Source of the DNA: Gracilinanus agilis
Lineage: Eukaryota
Reading direction: 5' to 3'
DNA length: 64,000 nucleotides
Assembly (NCBI RefSeq): GCF_016433145.1
Contig: NC_058130.1
Span: 59,083,798 to 59,147,797, forward strand
Part shown: in pieces, positions 1-13,057 of the stretch
How the letters are laid out: each line of letters starts with the position of its first letter
Position numbering within the stretch: position 1 is the first letter of the stretch
Program-made: the position numbers and the translations under genes
The notes under the pieces: model-generated
The model's input: the letters and a program-made list of their open reading frames with translations, nothing else
What the model was told of the DNA's origin: nothing
Database searches by the model: none

Positions 1-1473
1 TATTCTGGGTCTGTGTTTGAAGCTGAGTGATACAAAAAGAAAAAAAAGATGTTATCTTCTGTTTTCAAGTGGTTATCATTTCTGTGTAATGGAGGAGACT
101 GGCCAACTGGTCATGCATTTGCAGTCTTCTTCTGGAAGTCCTTGATGATGTGGGATGGAGGGGCATGGCTTTCCATTTTGGAACATATTCAGGGACTGTT
201 CCCTTTGGTGGTGAAGAAAAGGCTTTTTAGTTGGCTGTCATGATGGAACTGGGAGTGTACACAAAATACCCCAATAGCTCTTACTGGCAGTGAAGTGTAA
301 GGAAACTCCTAGAGCACTCGAGTACTCTTTCCTACTCATCAGACTGGACCATTGTCTCAAGGTCTCCCAGGCGGCAAGCTTGTGTCTGGGATGGGGCTGT
401 TTCCTGGTTGGGTCTCCTTTTCTTTGGCACAAGGCCTTGTGAGGCTTTGAAAGGCTGGATGAAAAGAGTGATGAGTCTATGCTGGCAGGGTCAGGTGAGA
501 CACATCATTGAGGAGCAACCCAGCTGGTGAATTGACCCAGGAGCTAAGATACCATATTCTATAAGGAGAGGAGCCACTCTGCCCAGGGGCCATATTACAT
601 TTTGAAATGAATTTGGTGGGAGGAATGCTTTGTAGCAACTGCTTTAGTTTTGGACCTACACTTCCAAGGGTTCAAGGCAGTAGAGGGGAGAGGATGTTTT
701 TACGGGAATATTGTCATACTTTGGTAAATATTTTTAGCAAATATTCCTTTGTGAAGGCTAGATGTTGTCAAATGGTATTAAGTTTGATATTAGAGAGCTC
801 TTAATTGGTGATTAATTTATAGGGGTGGGATAAGAACATTCTAGAATGGGGCTCAAATCAATAGCATTAGATAAAACCTAATGATCCCTTAGGGTTAGCC
901 CTATAACCTTGAGGGGAAGATGTAGCCTGCCTTTTTTCCATGGACTATGGATCGAGAGAGTAAGGTCAAAGTCTCACTTTACTAGATAAGGTAGTGGGAG
1001 ACACAACATACATATATAACAAAGAGAATAATAGTAGCATATAGGAGGCCACGTACAAGAGGAATGTGATGAAATCATAAGAATACAGCCTGGTGGAAAA
1101 TGATGAGTTAACTGCCGTAGGCTCCTTCTTAAAGGAAGATTTGGGAAGAGCTCTCCACTGTGCACCATCCAAGTTTTCCCAATAGAGGGAGGGAGTGAGG
1201 ACCCCAGAGGCAAGGGTTCCTGGCTCTCCTTGGGAAAGCCTCAGTTAAAATTCAGAGGCTGTACTACATGATACATCTGAGGTCTCTTCCAGCTCTAGAC
1301 CTATGACCGCATGATCTCATGACAAGCAACACTGAGAGAAATGCCAAAGAAATGGTGATGGATTTGGGAAGGGGGCAGCACCTGGGTCACCTACTAGAAG
1401 CTACCCTAAAACTTCAGGTGGTGTCACCTGTTGGGTAACTCCAAAAAGCAACCCAACTGAGAGCCCTACCAAC

Positions 1474-1729
1474 TGTTGTCAACGTGTCATTTTAGTCATA
1501 TCTGATTCTCAGTGATCCTATTGGAGGTTTTTTGAGCAAAGATACCAGAGTGGTTTCCCACTTCCTTCTCCAACTCATTTTACGAATGAGGAAACTGAGG
1601 CAAACATGATGAAGTGGATTTCCCAGGATCACACTGCTAGTAAGTGTTGGAGGCCAGATTTGAAGTCACCAAGATGAGTCTTCCTGATTCCAGGACCAGC
1701 CTTCTATCCACTGTGCTGTCTAGCTGCCT
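1474..1729 (-). mobile_element. MAR1-type CORE-SINE (tRNA head, CORE, RTE-derived tail)
   Basis: Antisense MAR1 motifs: gagcaaagataccagagtggtttcccacttccttctccaactcatttt...gaggaaactgaggc...ccagatttgaa...tctagctgcc. Confidence 0.8.
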
Positions 1730-1931
1730 CCTCATTCCATGATTGTAAATGACTGAAACTGTGCAGGTTTCTGAGGGAGGCTCTCTAGGGATTATCCTTC
1801 TTTTTTATGAGCTCAGAGAAGAGTATTATTTGTTTTCTTTGTCATGAAAACATTATTTTTCTTCTTAGACTCTTGTGAAACCTTTGCTCACAAGGGAAGT
1901 TGATGACAGCACATGAAGTAAGCAGGAGACA

Positions 1932-2330
1932 AGCATTTTTTAAAGTATTTATTATGGTGCCAGCTATTTTCTACTCTCTGAGGATGCAAATACCAAGAAA
2001 AAGAAAGTCAGCCCCTGCCCTCAAAGAGCTTACATTATAATCAGGGAAAGACAAGGCATAAAAGGAACCAAAAGCAAGGGGAGATTTAAGGAGAGGAATA
2101 TCTGTAAGAGTGACAAGCTCAGGAGAGAGGGTCAGAAGCATAATCAGGAGAGGAATAAAGTAGAGCCTGTCCCCTAAATGGAGCCCCCCACAAGGAACTC
2201 ACCAATGGGAGAATAGAGGTGCCATGGTGGAAGGACAGTTCAGAGTGAGAAGGGAGTTGAAGTACAGAGAGACATGTCAAAAACTTAGTCAGCAGGGAAA
2301 TAAAGGTGATGTCTGTCATGTAGTGAGCAT
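1932..2330 (-). mobile_element. L2-type LINE 3' remnant (marsupial variant)
   Basis: Antisense L2 end (agcattt...tgccagc...cctgccctcaaagagcttacatt). It continues with ggaactcaccaatgggag, similar to the copy at 13058-13335. Confidence 0.55.
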
Positions 2331-3326
2331 CACAGATTTTCTGAGTGGGAGCAATAAGCCAGAGAGGTAAAAAATGCCCCCAGTTAGGTACCTGGGGCCC
2401 TCCTGTGTCGTATAAGAGACTGGGACACTATATAAATATGTGCGTGTGTGTTATTATTATTCTCCAGGTTGGTTGAAGTAATTGGGATTGTGTCCCTTTT
2501 GTACATAATTTTTCCTCTCTATTGTCTTTTTTTAGAAAGTTCAGACTCTATTGTTTGAAACTTAAAGCCTTCCACTATTTTTTTCAGTCTTGTATCATAT
2601 TATTTTCCTTCATATAATCTAAGTTGCAACGAGAGTGGGTTATGTTCTGTTCACTGAACGTAACTTTCAACTATCTTCAAGCATTTACTCCCATTGCTCC
2701 CTTTCATTGGTATATTCTCTCTTGTCTCGGTTTCTCTGTTTTTGTCTCCATGTCCCTGGCTGTGTGTTTCTCTGCGCCTTTTGGTGTCTCTGTTTCTTTG
2801 TCTCCCTCCCTGTTGAATGCCTAGCCATCTTTTCAAACTCAGCTCCAATACCAGCTCTCCTGGGAAGCCTTCTCTGCTCCCACAGTCAGGAGTATACTCC
2901 TCCCCTGATTTTCACAAGGCACTCCACTCTCGAAGGCACTCATTAGGAATTATTTTATATTTCGTTATTTGCATTTGATGGGTAGGTGCTCTATTCCCTG
3001 CTAAACTCCTTGATTGTCAAAATCATCACTTACATAAGCTTTGCACCTTCTCAAATACCTAGCACAGTGCTCTGTGTGCAAGAGAGGTAAACCACTATTG
3101 ATTTGGAGTGGAAATACTTTAGAATTTGGGTTTCAACCTTAAGAAAGTCAAATTTGAGCTGAGTCCTTAAGGTAGGTTAGACTTGTAAATGTAGATGAAA
3201 AAGAGGAAGGGATTCATGGAGGTGGGATTTTAATGAAGAAATCCTTCTGAGTAGAGAGGAGAATTTCTGCTGGGGAGCTGAGGGAAGCAAAATTAGGGAG
3301 ATCGCACAATTTGAAGTAATAAAAGA

Positions 3327-3460
3327 TTCAAATCTGGCCTCAGATACATCCTAGCTGTGTGACCTTGGGCAAGTCACTTAATCATGATTGAGTAGCCCTT
3401 GTCATTTTTCTGTCTTAAAATTGATCCTAAGACAGAAGGTAAACGTTTAGAAAAAAATAA
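3327..3460 (+). mobile_element. SINE1 (opossum SINE1_Mdo-like), 5'-truncated
   Basis: aatctggcctcaga...ctagctgtgtgaccttgggcaagtcactt, then the family tail ctaagacagaaggtaa and an A-rich end. Confidence 0.75.
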
Positions 3461-3787
3461 AGTAATGCAAGATATTAGTGACCCTCTAAAGCTTCTTCCT
3501 CAATTTACAAACACTTAGAAAAGTGAAGTGATTGACCTCGGGAAATACAGGCATAAGTGGAAGAAGTGAGATTTGAACTATGGTCTTTTTTTTCTTTCTA
3601 AATTCAATATCTTTCCGCCTCACCCCACCCCCCACTCTGCTCAAATAAGCTAAAGGATCTTGGTCTTCAGTTGCAAATACCTGACCCCAGCTGCTGCAGG
3701 TCATTCAAAAGGAGAGAAGAAAACATTTCTTTGTCTCTGGTACCAGTGAAAAATGGAAAGAAGAGGAGTGGCCCTAAGCTACTTCTC

Positions 3788-3983
3788 TTTTTTTTTTAAC
3801 CTTATCTTCCACTTTAGGATCCATACTATGTACTGGTTGCAAGCAGGAGAGTGGTAAGGGCTAGGCAATAGGGGTTAAGTGACTTGCCCAGAGTCACACA
3901 GCTAGGAAGTGTCTAAGGTCAGATTTGAACCCAAGACCTCCCAGTTCTAGATCTGACCATCCACTGAACTACCTAGCTGCCCC
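3788..3983 (-). mobile_element. SINE1_Mdo-like, full length
   Basis: Poly-T, gagtggtaagggctaggcaat, aagtgacttgcccag, cagctaggaagtgtct, ending ctagctgcccc. Confidence 0.9.
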
Positions 3984-5074
3984 ATAGTTCTCTGGTTTTG
4001 AAAATTCAAAGTAATGCATAAACCCCCCAAGGTTAGATGGAAGCAGCAGACAGTTGATCCCAGGCCAGCTTCTCTAGCCCTCATCCCATTTGTTTAAATG
4101 GCATCCTTCCTCCTTCTCTCTCTGTTCTTCTCTCACCCCCATCAAAAGGAGTCATATAGCAAAACCACTACGATCCATAGCTATTTGTCTCCATAGATGA
4201 TGTTTCCAGGTAGGCCCTCACTTTGTTCTTCTGCCTTGGAACCAATTCTGAGATGGAAGGGAAAGGGTTAAAAATTGATTGACTGAGTGATGCAGCAATA
4301 GCATGTTTTAGATTAGTAACACCCAAAACCTTGATTGCTAACAAATGTTAGGACTCTCTAGCTTGATGTGGAGATTATAGAGAGGTTGGGGAGGACCATG
4401 GGATAAATAGCAAAGAGAGAGTTCCAGTCAATAATCAGATCTTATTTCTTACAGGCATTCTTAATCTAGACTTGCTTCAGTGAAATCATTTCAGAAGGAT
4501 ATTAAGAAAGCATCAAAGCTTGTAATCTATTCTTTGGAAAGGTGAAAGGCAATTCGTTTGCTTCTGCAGCTTCCTCTGAGAGTGTGTAATTAAAACCTAT
4601 GTTTCTTACATAAGAGTAATGGGGATGATTTAAACTGTGGTTCTCTAAAATGCCCCCAGATTAAAGAAGAGAAATTGCCCAGGCAGTGATGTAAATCTAA
4701 TGATATGTGTTCATCTCAGGGCTCTGAGATTTCAGTAAATATTGTAAATAGTTCACTGCTAGTTAACATTCATGTTCGAATAAACCCACATACTAATCCA
4801 TCACAGAGATTTATCCCAGAATCATAGGATCTCAAAGTTGGAAGAGCTTCATTGGCCATGTAGGGGCACACACCCTATATTGGTCTCTAAGGGTGCGCTC
4901 TTCCACGTCTCTGGCAACTGACTATCCAGCCTTCACTTGAAGACCTCTTTTTCTTCATGGAAAGAGAAATGAAGGAAAGGGAACTTTTAGACTTTCTCTA
5001 GCAAAGATTTCTAGGACTTTGAACCCATCAAGAAAATGAAAACAAGTCCAGATGGTCAGCTAGATTTTGGAAGA

Positions 5075-5230
5075 CAGTCTATGATAAACACAAAGAGCCC
5101 AGCTTTTGGGACAAAAATCCACTATGACAAAAACTGCTGGGAAAATTAGAAAACAGTATGGGAGAGATTGGGTCTAGATCAACATCTGACACCCTACACC
5201 AAGATAAATTCAGAATGGGTGAGTGATCTT
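5075..5230 (+). mobile_element. L1 ORF2 fragment
   Basis: Encodes ...GLDQHLTPYTKINSEWV, the L1 ORF2 HLTPYTKINS.W motif. Confidence 0.85.
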
Positions 5231-5562
5231 AGATCTGTTTTAGTCATTGAAGCCACTAGCTCCACTAACTCACCAGCCCTAAGTCTCTCATGGGAGTTGG
5301 AGCTGGGGTCAAAAATAAAGTATAATTTAAACACACCCCAGTTCCTTCTTGGAAAATAGTAAAGAAGCAGTGTTTAAAGATGGCTCTTCTATTCCAAGTT
5401 CCCTTAGTACTCCCTCCCCTCTAAGGAGTAGAACAGGAGGTTAGATTTCACGATGGGCCAGGGATGACTGGACTCCTACCAGTTGATTTAGAATATGCCT
5501 CAGAGACAATGCTAAAGTAAACATATATTTATTCCATTCCTACATCCATAGGGATCAGACCT

Positions 5563-5766
5563 GGGGACAGCTAGATGACTCAATGAATAAGCAGTCAGGC
5601 CTGGAGATAGGAGGTCCTGGGTACAAATGTGGCCTCAGATACTTCCTAGCTGTGTGACCCTGGTCAAGTCAATTAATTCCAATTGCCTAGCCATTACTGT
5701 TCTTCTGTCTTGGACTCTGAACTTAGTATCAATTCTAAGACAGAAGGTAAGGGTTTAAAAAAAAAA
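5563..5766 (+). mobile_element. SINE1_Mdo-like
   Basis: ggggacagctag head to ctaagacagaaggtaagggttt(A)n. Degenerate flanking duplication gatcagacctgg/gattaggcctgg. Confidence 0.85.
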
Positions 5767-5903
5767 GATTAGGCCTGGAGAATGACAGAATTATTTGGGG
5801 GAGGGTGGTATTTGAATAATAAGGCTCAGAATAGTAGCCTTTCAAAGATATTGAACAAAGGAATGGCCACTCTCTAATTGCCTGGGGTGCTGGTGACTTA
5901 GTA

Positions 5904-6496
5904 CAAGATAAATTCAGAATGGGTGAAAGACTTGAATATGAAGAATGAAACTGTAAGTAAATTAGGTGAACACAGAATAGTATACTTGTCAGATCTCTGG
6001 GAAAGGAAAGATTTTAAAACCAAGCAAGAGAAAAAATTACAAAATGTAAAATAAATAATTTTGATTATATTAAATTAAAAAGGTTTTGTACAAACAAAAA
6101 CAATGCAACCAAAATCAGAAGGGAAACAACAAATTGGGAAAAAATCTTTATAACAAAACATTCTGACAGAGGTCTAATTACTCAAATATACAAGGAGTTA
6201 AATCAATTATATAAAAAATCAAGCCATTCCTCAATTGAAAAATGGGCAAGGGACATGAATAGGCAATTTTCAGATAAAGAAATCAAAAGTACAATAAGCA
6301 CATGAGAAAGTGTTCTAAATCTCTAATAATTAGAGAAATGTAAATCAAAACAACTCTGAGGTATCACTTCACACCTAGCAGATTGGCTAAAATGATAGCA
6401 GGGGAGAGTAATGAATGTTGGAGGGGTGAAGGGTGAAGTAAAAACATGAATTATGTAACCATGGAAAATTTTTCTAAAAATTAAAAAAAAAAAAAA
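5904..6496 (+). mobile_element. L1 3' portion (ORF2 C-terminus, internal deletion, 3' end and poly-A)
   Basis: ORF2 motifs (atcagaagggaaacaacaaattggg, gagaaatgtaaatcaaaacaactctgaggtatcac) joined directly to the terminal 3' UTR catgaattatgtaaccatggaaaatt and poly-A. Confidence 0.9.
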
Positions 6497-7362
6497 GAGC
6501 AGGGGTTCCCAGGAATTTTTCTGAAGAAGAAAGGTTTAAAATTTTTTTCTGAAGAAAAAAGATTGGGAAGTTGGGGCCAATTCTGGGCAAATGTTGTTTG
6601 CCTAAGCTTTATTTCCATTCTCTCCTCCAAATCCTGAGGATGGTGAGACTGGTCTTATAGACTTATGTGTAGGTTACTGGTATATCCATGCACCTGGGAG
6701 GAGAGATGGACCAGGCTACCCGTGTCGGTCAATGGGAACTGAGCACAGCAGACAAGGACAAAAGCCATGAGTGACAAGATGGTCCTAGAACTGTGTTGAT
6801 GAAGACATGGCACATTATGTACCTCAGTGTGCTGGAGGGGGATACTCCATTTCCTCTCCACTGTGCCTAAGGACAATTTTTGCATGCCCTGCCCCTCTGC
6901 CCAGTATGCCAATGTGAGTACTTTCTCCCTCTGCTCTCTGGGATAATGTGAGGGGCTTGCAGGTGGCTTAAAGGTACAGTTTGAGCACCAGATCTCTAAA
7001 AGGTTTGCCAACACTGCCCTAGAAGAAAAGATATTTGGCTTCCTGCTTTGTATCTACCTGGGACAGCTCTAGTGGGGTAGGGGTGAGCTAAAGAGGAAAT
7101 GAATCCTCTTCCATCCCTTTCTTTTGTGATATTCCACTTTCTTAGACTTTGTTTTCTGCTTGAATGAGTAAGTCTGTCCTCTTGCTGATCTCCTAGCATG
7201 GTTGAGGACCCTACTTTTTCTTTTTCATGAATGTAGTTGTGTGATGCCCCCTCAAGTCCAGCTTGTGAACTGTGAAGAGAGTTCCTAAGTGTGATGAAAT
7301 CTCAGAGCCTAGCTCAGCTCTGACAGTGGTGGTGATTATTCATGTTTCTTTCTTTCTTTTTA

Positions 7363-7560
7363 GAATGGAGAGGTGCTTTGTAGAGTCTGATTGCCTGTGC
7401 CCTGTAAATAGTGTACATTTAATTTGTTGCTACAGTAACATGATGTCTTGGTTAATATATAAAACAAATCCTAAAAGGTTCACAAGTGTATATATTTTGT
7501 TGCCTAAATGTGTCATTGCAGAAATTCACAATAAATAACATTTTGGGTCCAAAAAAAAGG
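7363..7560 (+). pseudogene. Probable processed retrocopy of an unidentified mRNA 3' UTR end
   Basis: TGTAAATA (7403) and TGTATATA (7487) Pumilio-type elements, AATAAA at 7530-7535, genomic A-run starting at 7551. The 5' boundary is a guess and the parent gene is not recognised. Confidence 0.45.
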
Positions 7561-8439
7561 AAAGGAAAGAGAAAAACAAGGTCATCTGAAGTCCTTCAGT
7601 TCTCAATGAGGAGAAAGCCACTGCCTCCCAAGACTTCCCATTCGACTTTGGGGCAGCCCTAGTTACAAGGAAGTAAACTTCTTGCAACTAGAGAGGGAAC
7701 TATCTTATTCTTTGTATTTGTAGTCTAGCACTTAGCACAGTGGTTGGCATTCACTAAGCACTTTATAAAAGCTTTTTCATTCATTAATTCACTTGTTCAT
7801 TTATTTCATTTGTTCATGGTATCATCTAAATTGATATCTTTGCCACTTCTATCCATTATTTTTACTTCTGCCCTCAGACACCCCGCTGAACAAGTCTAAT
7901 CCCTCTTCCAGGTGATAGCTAGTCAAATATTCACGTTTCTCCTAAGCCTCCCCCACCCAGGGTGAAATATCCGTTTCCTCCAATTATTATTTGTAGGGTC
8001 TGTTCTAAAGGCTGTTCACTCTTCTCAAGTAGTATGAAATTCATCTAGGATTTCTATTGTAAACAATTGATTCGCAAATGCTTACCAAGTATCTAGTGTG
8101 TGGCACTAATACTTAATGGATTTTCTGAATGACTAGAAGGACAAAAAGATGGTTTCTCTCCTGCCCTAGTGTAGCTTATCGCCATCTCCTCCAGACATGC
8201 TGGAAATTGAGTTGGGTTGGGGAATGCAATCAGAAAATGAATGTAGCTATTTCCCTTCCTGCCAGGATGTTCTTTCCTATGAAATAGTAGGCTGATGTGA
8301 AGGCAACTACATTCTTTTCTTTATCCAGATGTTGACTTTTATGGAGACAACAATAGGAATTAGATGCATCTACAGGGAAGTTTGTCACCCCTCTCATCTA
8401 TTTTCCCCTCCTGGTTTCTAAAAAAAGCATAGACTTTTA

Positions 8440-8571
8440 TTCAAGTAAGTCCATAAGTGAATATTTCTGAAGTGCCCATTATATTCCAGGTATTATATTA
8501 AGTGCCATGATGGAAAGACAAAAACTAAACAGTCCCTACCCTCAGGAAATTTACATTCTAATGAGGGAGAC

Positions 8572-8644
<73 letters not shown>

Positions 8645-9150
8645 GAATAGATCTATGTAAAAATATAACAGTATATAAAAACAAATATAAAGCAAAGTGC
8701 AAGGTAACCGTTGAGAGGAGGGCACTATCAGCTGGAGGAACTAAGAAAGATCTCATGACAAAGGGGTCTTGAGCTAGATATTGAAGAAAGCAAGGAATTC
8801 CAAGAGGTGGAACTGAGGAAGGGGAGTACATCAAGCATGGGAGGAGACTTAGTTTAAAGCCATGGAATCAAGGAATAGAGTGTTATGTGTGAGAAAGATC
8901 AAGGAAGCCAGGATGGCCAGACCAAAGAATTCTGAAAAAAGAATAATGTAAAAGAAGGCTAGAAAGGTAGGATAACACCAGGTGGTTAAGAACTTTAAAT
9001 GCCAAGCATATCGAAGTTTATATTTTACTATAAAGGTAATAGGGAGTCATTGAAATTTTCGAGTATGGAGAGTAATACAATCAGATTTGGAAAACTACTT
9101 GGTGGCTTTGAAGAGGGTGAAATGGAGAGAGAAGAGGTTTGAAGCAAAGA
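8440..9150 (-). mobile_element. L2 LINE 3' fragment
   Basis: Antisense L2 motifs (cagtccctaccctcaggaaatttacattctaatgagggagac; gtaatagggagtcattg), interrupted by a microsatellite. Confidence 0.75.
8573..8644. repeat. (CA)n followed by (TA)n microsatellite
   Basis: Direct reading of the sequence. Confidence 0.97.
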
Positions 9151-9577
9151 GATCCCTTTTTTTAAAAATCTGGAAGTAGAATTCAAGAGCTTGTTAAAAT
9201 TTCAGCGTGAGCATTTATACTTTAGAAATCAGTAAATGTTACAAATTAGGACTTGAACATTATGTTATTCTTTGTTTAGACATAAGAAAGTGACAGAGAA
9301 AATATTAATAATGAAGATTAAATTTTAAAGTGCGTTGAGAGTACATTTTTCCTGGAGAACTGGGAAAGAGAGTGGCTAAACATTTACCAGCAAACCCTGC
9401 CTGGAAAGTACTTTAGAGGTCATCTTAGTTCAGTTTTACAGGTGAGAAAACAGACTTAGAGAGGGTAAATCCTCATCCCTCAAAATCATGTAACTCAGCA
9501 GAATTGGAGCTGGGATCTGAATGCAGGTTTTCTGACATGATATTCAGTGATTTTTGCATGACAAGCATAAAAAGTAT

Positions 9578-9700
9578 CATAGATTGAGAACTGGAAGGGA
9601 TCTTAGAAGCCATCCATTCCAGCTTATTTTAGAGATGAGGAAGCTGAGACTCTGAAGTTACATGAACTTCCCCCAAGTCATACAGTATTAAAGTGTCAGA
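9578..9700 (-). mobile_element. MIR/MIR3-type SINE fragment
   Basis: atcatagattgagaactggaagggatcttagaagccatc...agatgaggaagctgag. Further similar fragments at about 9390-9560, 10010-10170 and 10765-10960. Confidence 0.7.
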
Positions 9701-11299
9701 GGTGGGTACCAAGAATAGAGCACATACAGAGCACATACAGCACATACTCCCTATGCACAAAACACCAACTGGTTGTAAGTGAAGACCAATCATTTTGGAA
9801 GGCTATGTAAAGCCATTTATATCCTTTGAAAGATGTTTTATTTTTGCTAATGTGGTTATTCTCTTCACTAACAAACACAGAACAATGCTCTCATATATTC
9901 TCATCCTATACATATCTTCTCATAAATTCTACTCAGTCTTGTGGAAGGCCTTCTTCACTTTCTTATAGCATCATAGGATATCAAAACTCTATCCAATATA
10001 ATAGAATAATGGCTTTAAGATGGAAGCCACCTTAGGAACGATTGAATCTAATTTCCTCATTTTGCAGATGAGGAAACTGAGGCCTGGAGAGGTTAAGGGA
10101 TTTGTTTAGAATCACACAGCTAGTAAGTATCTGAAGGAGGATCTGAGCACCATTCTACCTCCTTTTCTAGTCATACATATCTCCAATGATGTTATTCATT
10201 CTACTTAGGAATCTAAGATCCCAAATCTGGAACTAGAAGGAACCTTAGGGGTCATCCAGATCAACCTTTTGTGTGAGATTTTGTTGGTGATATGCAACAA
10301 CTTTCTTATACCCACCATGCCTCTATCTGTTTCCTTTTAGGTTATTTATGATCTTTATCTGAGATTATGGTATTCCATGACTCAAACTCATAAAGGCCCC
10401 CTGGGAGAATGTTGATATTAAAGGGATATATGTGTCTTTGCTGCAGTGATTTATTTGAAATCACTGATCTTGGGACTTCCCATAGGTGGTGATAGCTGAC
10501 TTGAACTTGGAAGGAAACTAGGGATTTTAAAATGTAGGGGAAAGAATGGATTCAAATATGTTAGTTCAATGGCTACTAGGCTAGTTTTCTTTGTAAGGTA
10601 GAATGTATGGATAGGAGGGATGTGAAGTCAGTCTGGAAAGATGAATGGGAGCCAGATTGTAGAAGGCTCTGCTAAGAAATTTGCTTTTTATCATAGCAAT
10701 AGAGAACTGCTGAATATTTGTAGATGGAGGAGAGGGATGGCTAGATCTGTACCACCAGAAATAGGATCATAGATTTAGAGGTAAGAGGGAATTTAGAAGC
10801 TATGTAGTCCAGTTCCCTCGTTTTATAGATGAAGAGACTGAGGCCTAGGAGGTAAAAGTATTTCCCCCAAACTGGGCATGATCCTATAGCTAGGATTCAA
10901 CTATAGATCTCCCTATTCCAAATCCAACACGCTTTCCATTACACTACTCTGTTTTTCATTATGCCTTCCTCCAAGTCATGGAGTCAATAATATTAAATAG
11001 CTTAGGACCTTGGAAAGCTCCTTGGGGGTCCTTTTTTAGATAATTCCCTATAAACTAACATCCAGGGGGTACCATCATTCAACCAGTTCTAAATGCATTT
11101 AGCAGTGATCTATTTCACATCTCCCAATGATAAATCTCTCTTGTTATTCTTGCAGATGTCAAATATTTTATCAAAATCTCAGTAAATTATTTCTAAAGCA
11201 TTTTCCTGACATATTCTCATTTCTTCATCAACTACAGCTACTGAAGATCAGAATATTCTTGCCACCAAAGTCTCTGGCACCATCGGTAGCTTTGAAATC

Positions 11300-11800
11300 A
11301 GAAATAGTAATGGCTTCATCAATGGAAACGATATATAAACTTCTTTGTTTAGCATTTGAAGCTCTTCATAAGCTAGCTCCTTACAGCCTTTCTAGTCTTC
11401 TTAACTCTTTACTCTCCTCTTGGCCCTCTACATTCTGGCTACATTGGCCTACTCATGACTCCTTGAACACAAAACTTTGCCCTAACTATCCCCTATGCCT
11501 GGACTTCTACACGTCCTCTTCCTCTTTGATTTCACTGACTTCCTTCGAGACTCAGCTCAAATTCCACCTGCTAGAGAAGTTGTATTATGGTTCCCCCAGA
11601 TACTGATGTCTTTCCCTCAGATTGCCTTCCATCTACTCTGTATATGTCTTGTATGGATTCAGTTCTTTCCATGTTGTCCTGCCATTAGGATATAACCTCC
11701 TTGAGGGCAACAGCTGTCTTTCTTTCTGCTTGTATTTGCATCCCCAATGCTTAGCATAATTCCTAGGATATAGTAATGCTCAAACAATCCTTGTTGAAAT
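11300..11800 (+). mobile_element. L2 LINE 3' end
   Basis: ctcagctcaaattccacc...gaag, ctccttgagggc, cttgtatttgcatcccca...gcttagcata...gttgaaat. Confidence 0.75.
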
Positions 11801-11960
11801 AAAGCTATTTCTTTCTCCTCCTTGCTAATGCTTATTCCTTTCCTTTCTTTTTATTACTTTACTTCCATATTTAGCATTTCTAGAGTAATAATGACAAGAG
11901 TGGGCATCTTTGCTTCACTTCTACTCTTATTAAGAAAGCTTCCAATGTTTCTGCATTATA

Positions 11961-12147
11961 GTTGTTTTTTTTTAAACCCTTGTACTGGTGTATTGTCTCA
12001 TAGGTGGAAGATTGGTAAGGGTGGGCAATGGGGGTCAAGTGACTTGCCCAGGGTCACACAACTGGGAAGTGGCTGAGGCCGGGTTTGAACCTAGGACCTC
12101 CTGTCTCTAGGCCCGACTCTCACTCCACTGAGCTACCTAGCTGCCCC
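11961..12147 (-). mobile_element. SINE1_Mdo-like with a 16-bp target-site duplication
   Basis: atgtttctgcattata at 11945-11960 and again at 12148-12163 flanks a complete element. Confidence 0.93.
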
Positions 12148-13057
12148 ATGTTTCTGCATTATAAATTATGCTAAGCTTGATTTTAGATAAATGTGTTGAT
12201 CATCTTTAGTACAGTTCCTTTCAATCGTGCTTTTTAGTGGTTTCTAAAAATATAAGTGAATGCTATTTTTATCAGAGATTTTTTTCTGCATTTATTGATA
12301 CATTCATTTGATTGTACTGTCTATTAATATGGTTTGTTATGCCAATTGATTTCTTAATATTGAACTATCCTTGTACTTGTGACATAATTCTAACATGATT
12401 ATTATAGATATTTTGGTTATATAGCCATATTTTCTTTACCAGTATTTTAATGAACACTTTTGTATTAATGTTCATTAGTGATACTGGTGTAGTCTTTCTT
12501 TGCTTCATCGTTTCCTGGTATCATAATGATTGGTCTCAAAGGATGTCATAGGAAGTTTGTAGGGTGTCTTCTTTTTCTATTTTTAAAAAGTTTATGTTAC
12601 ATAGGAAGGATTAGTTCCTTACATGTTTAATAGTATTCACTTATAAATCTGTATAACCCTATAGGTTGCCATCTCCCCCTTCCTCCATTCTCTTGGAAGT
12701 TCATTTAAGGCCTGCAGTATATATTTTTCTGAGATCGAGGTGGTTTAGGTTATCTTTCCCCTCATTTGTTTCATGAGATAGAGTTGTTTAGGTCATCTAT
12801 TTCTTTGTTTAAAGCATCATATGGGTTTTGTAGCTATTCATCAATTTTATTTGGCTTCAAGTCTGCTAATGTATTATTTGGAATAGTAGTTTCGAATTTC
12901 CTTTTATTTCCTTTTTATTTCCTTTCATTGGCAACTCCTCCTTCTGAATTTTGATTTGGTCATTTGGTTTTTCCTCTCAAGACTTTAAAACATTAGCTGA
13001 TAGTTTATCAATTTTGTTGGCCTTTTAATAAAAGATTTTGTTTTGTCAAATCTATAA

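Noticed and set aside
6660-6860. Possible RTE LINE 3' coding remnant
   Set aside because: Only scattered resemblance across shifting frames; too degraded to call.
8493-8834. ORFs with VCVC, IYIY, HTHT or poly-S/R runs (also 17737-18231, 44705-44985, 55429-56071)
   Set aside because: These are translations of microsatellites and low-complexity DNA. Only the 5' part of the 55838 frame is kept as a candidate exon.
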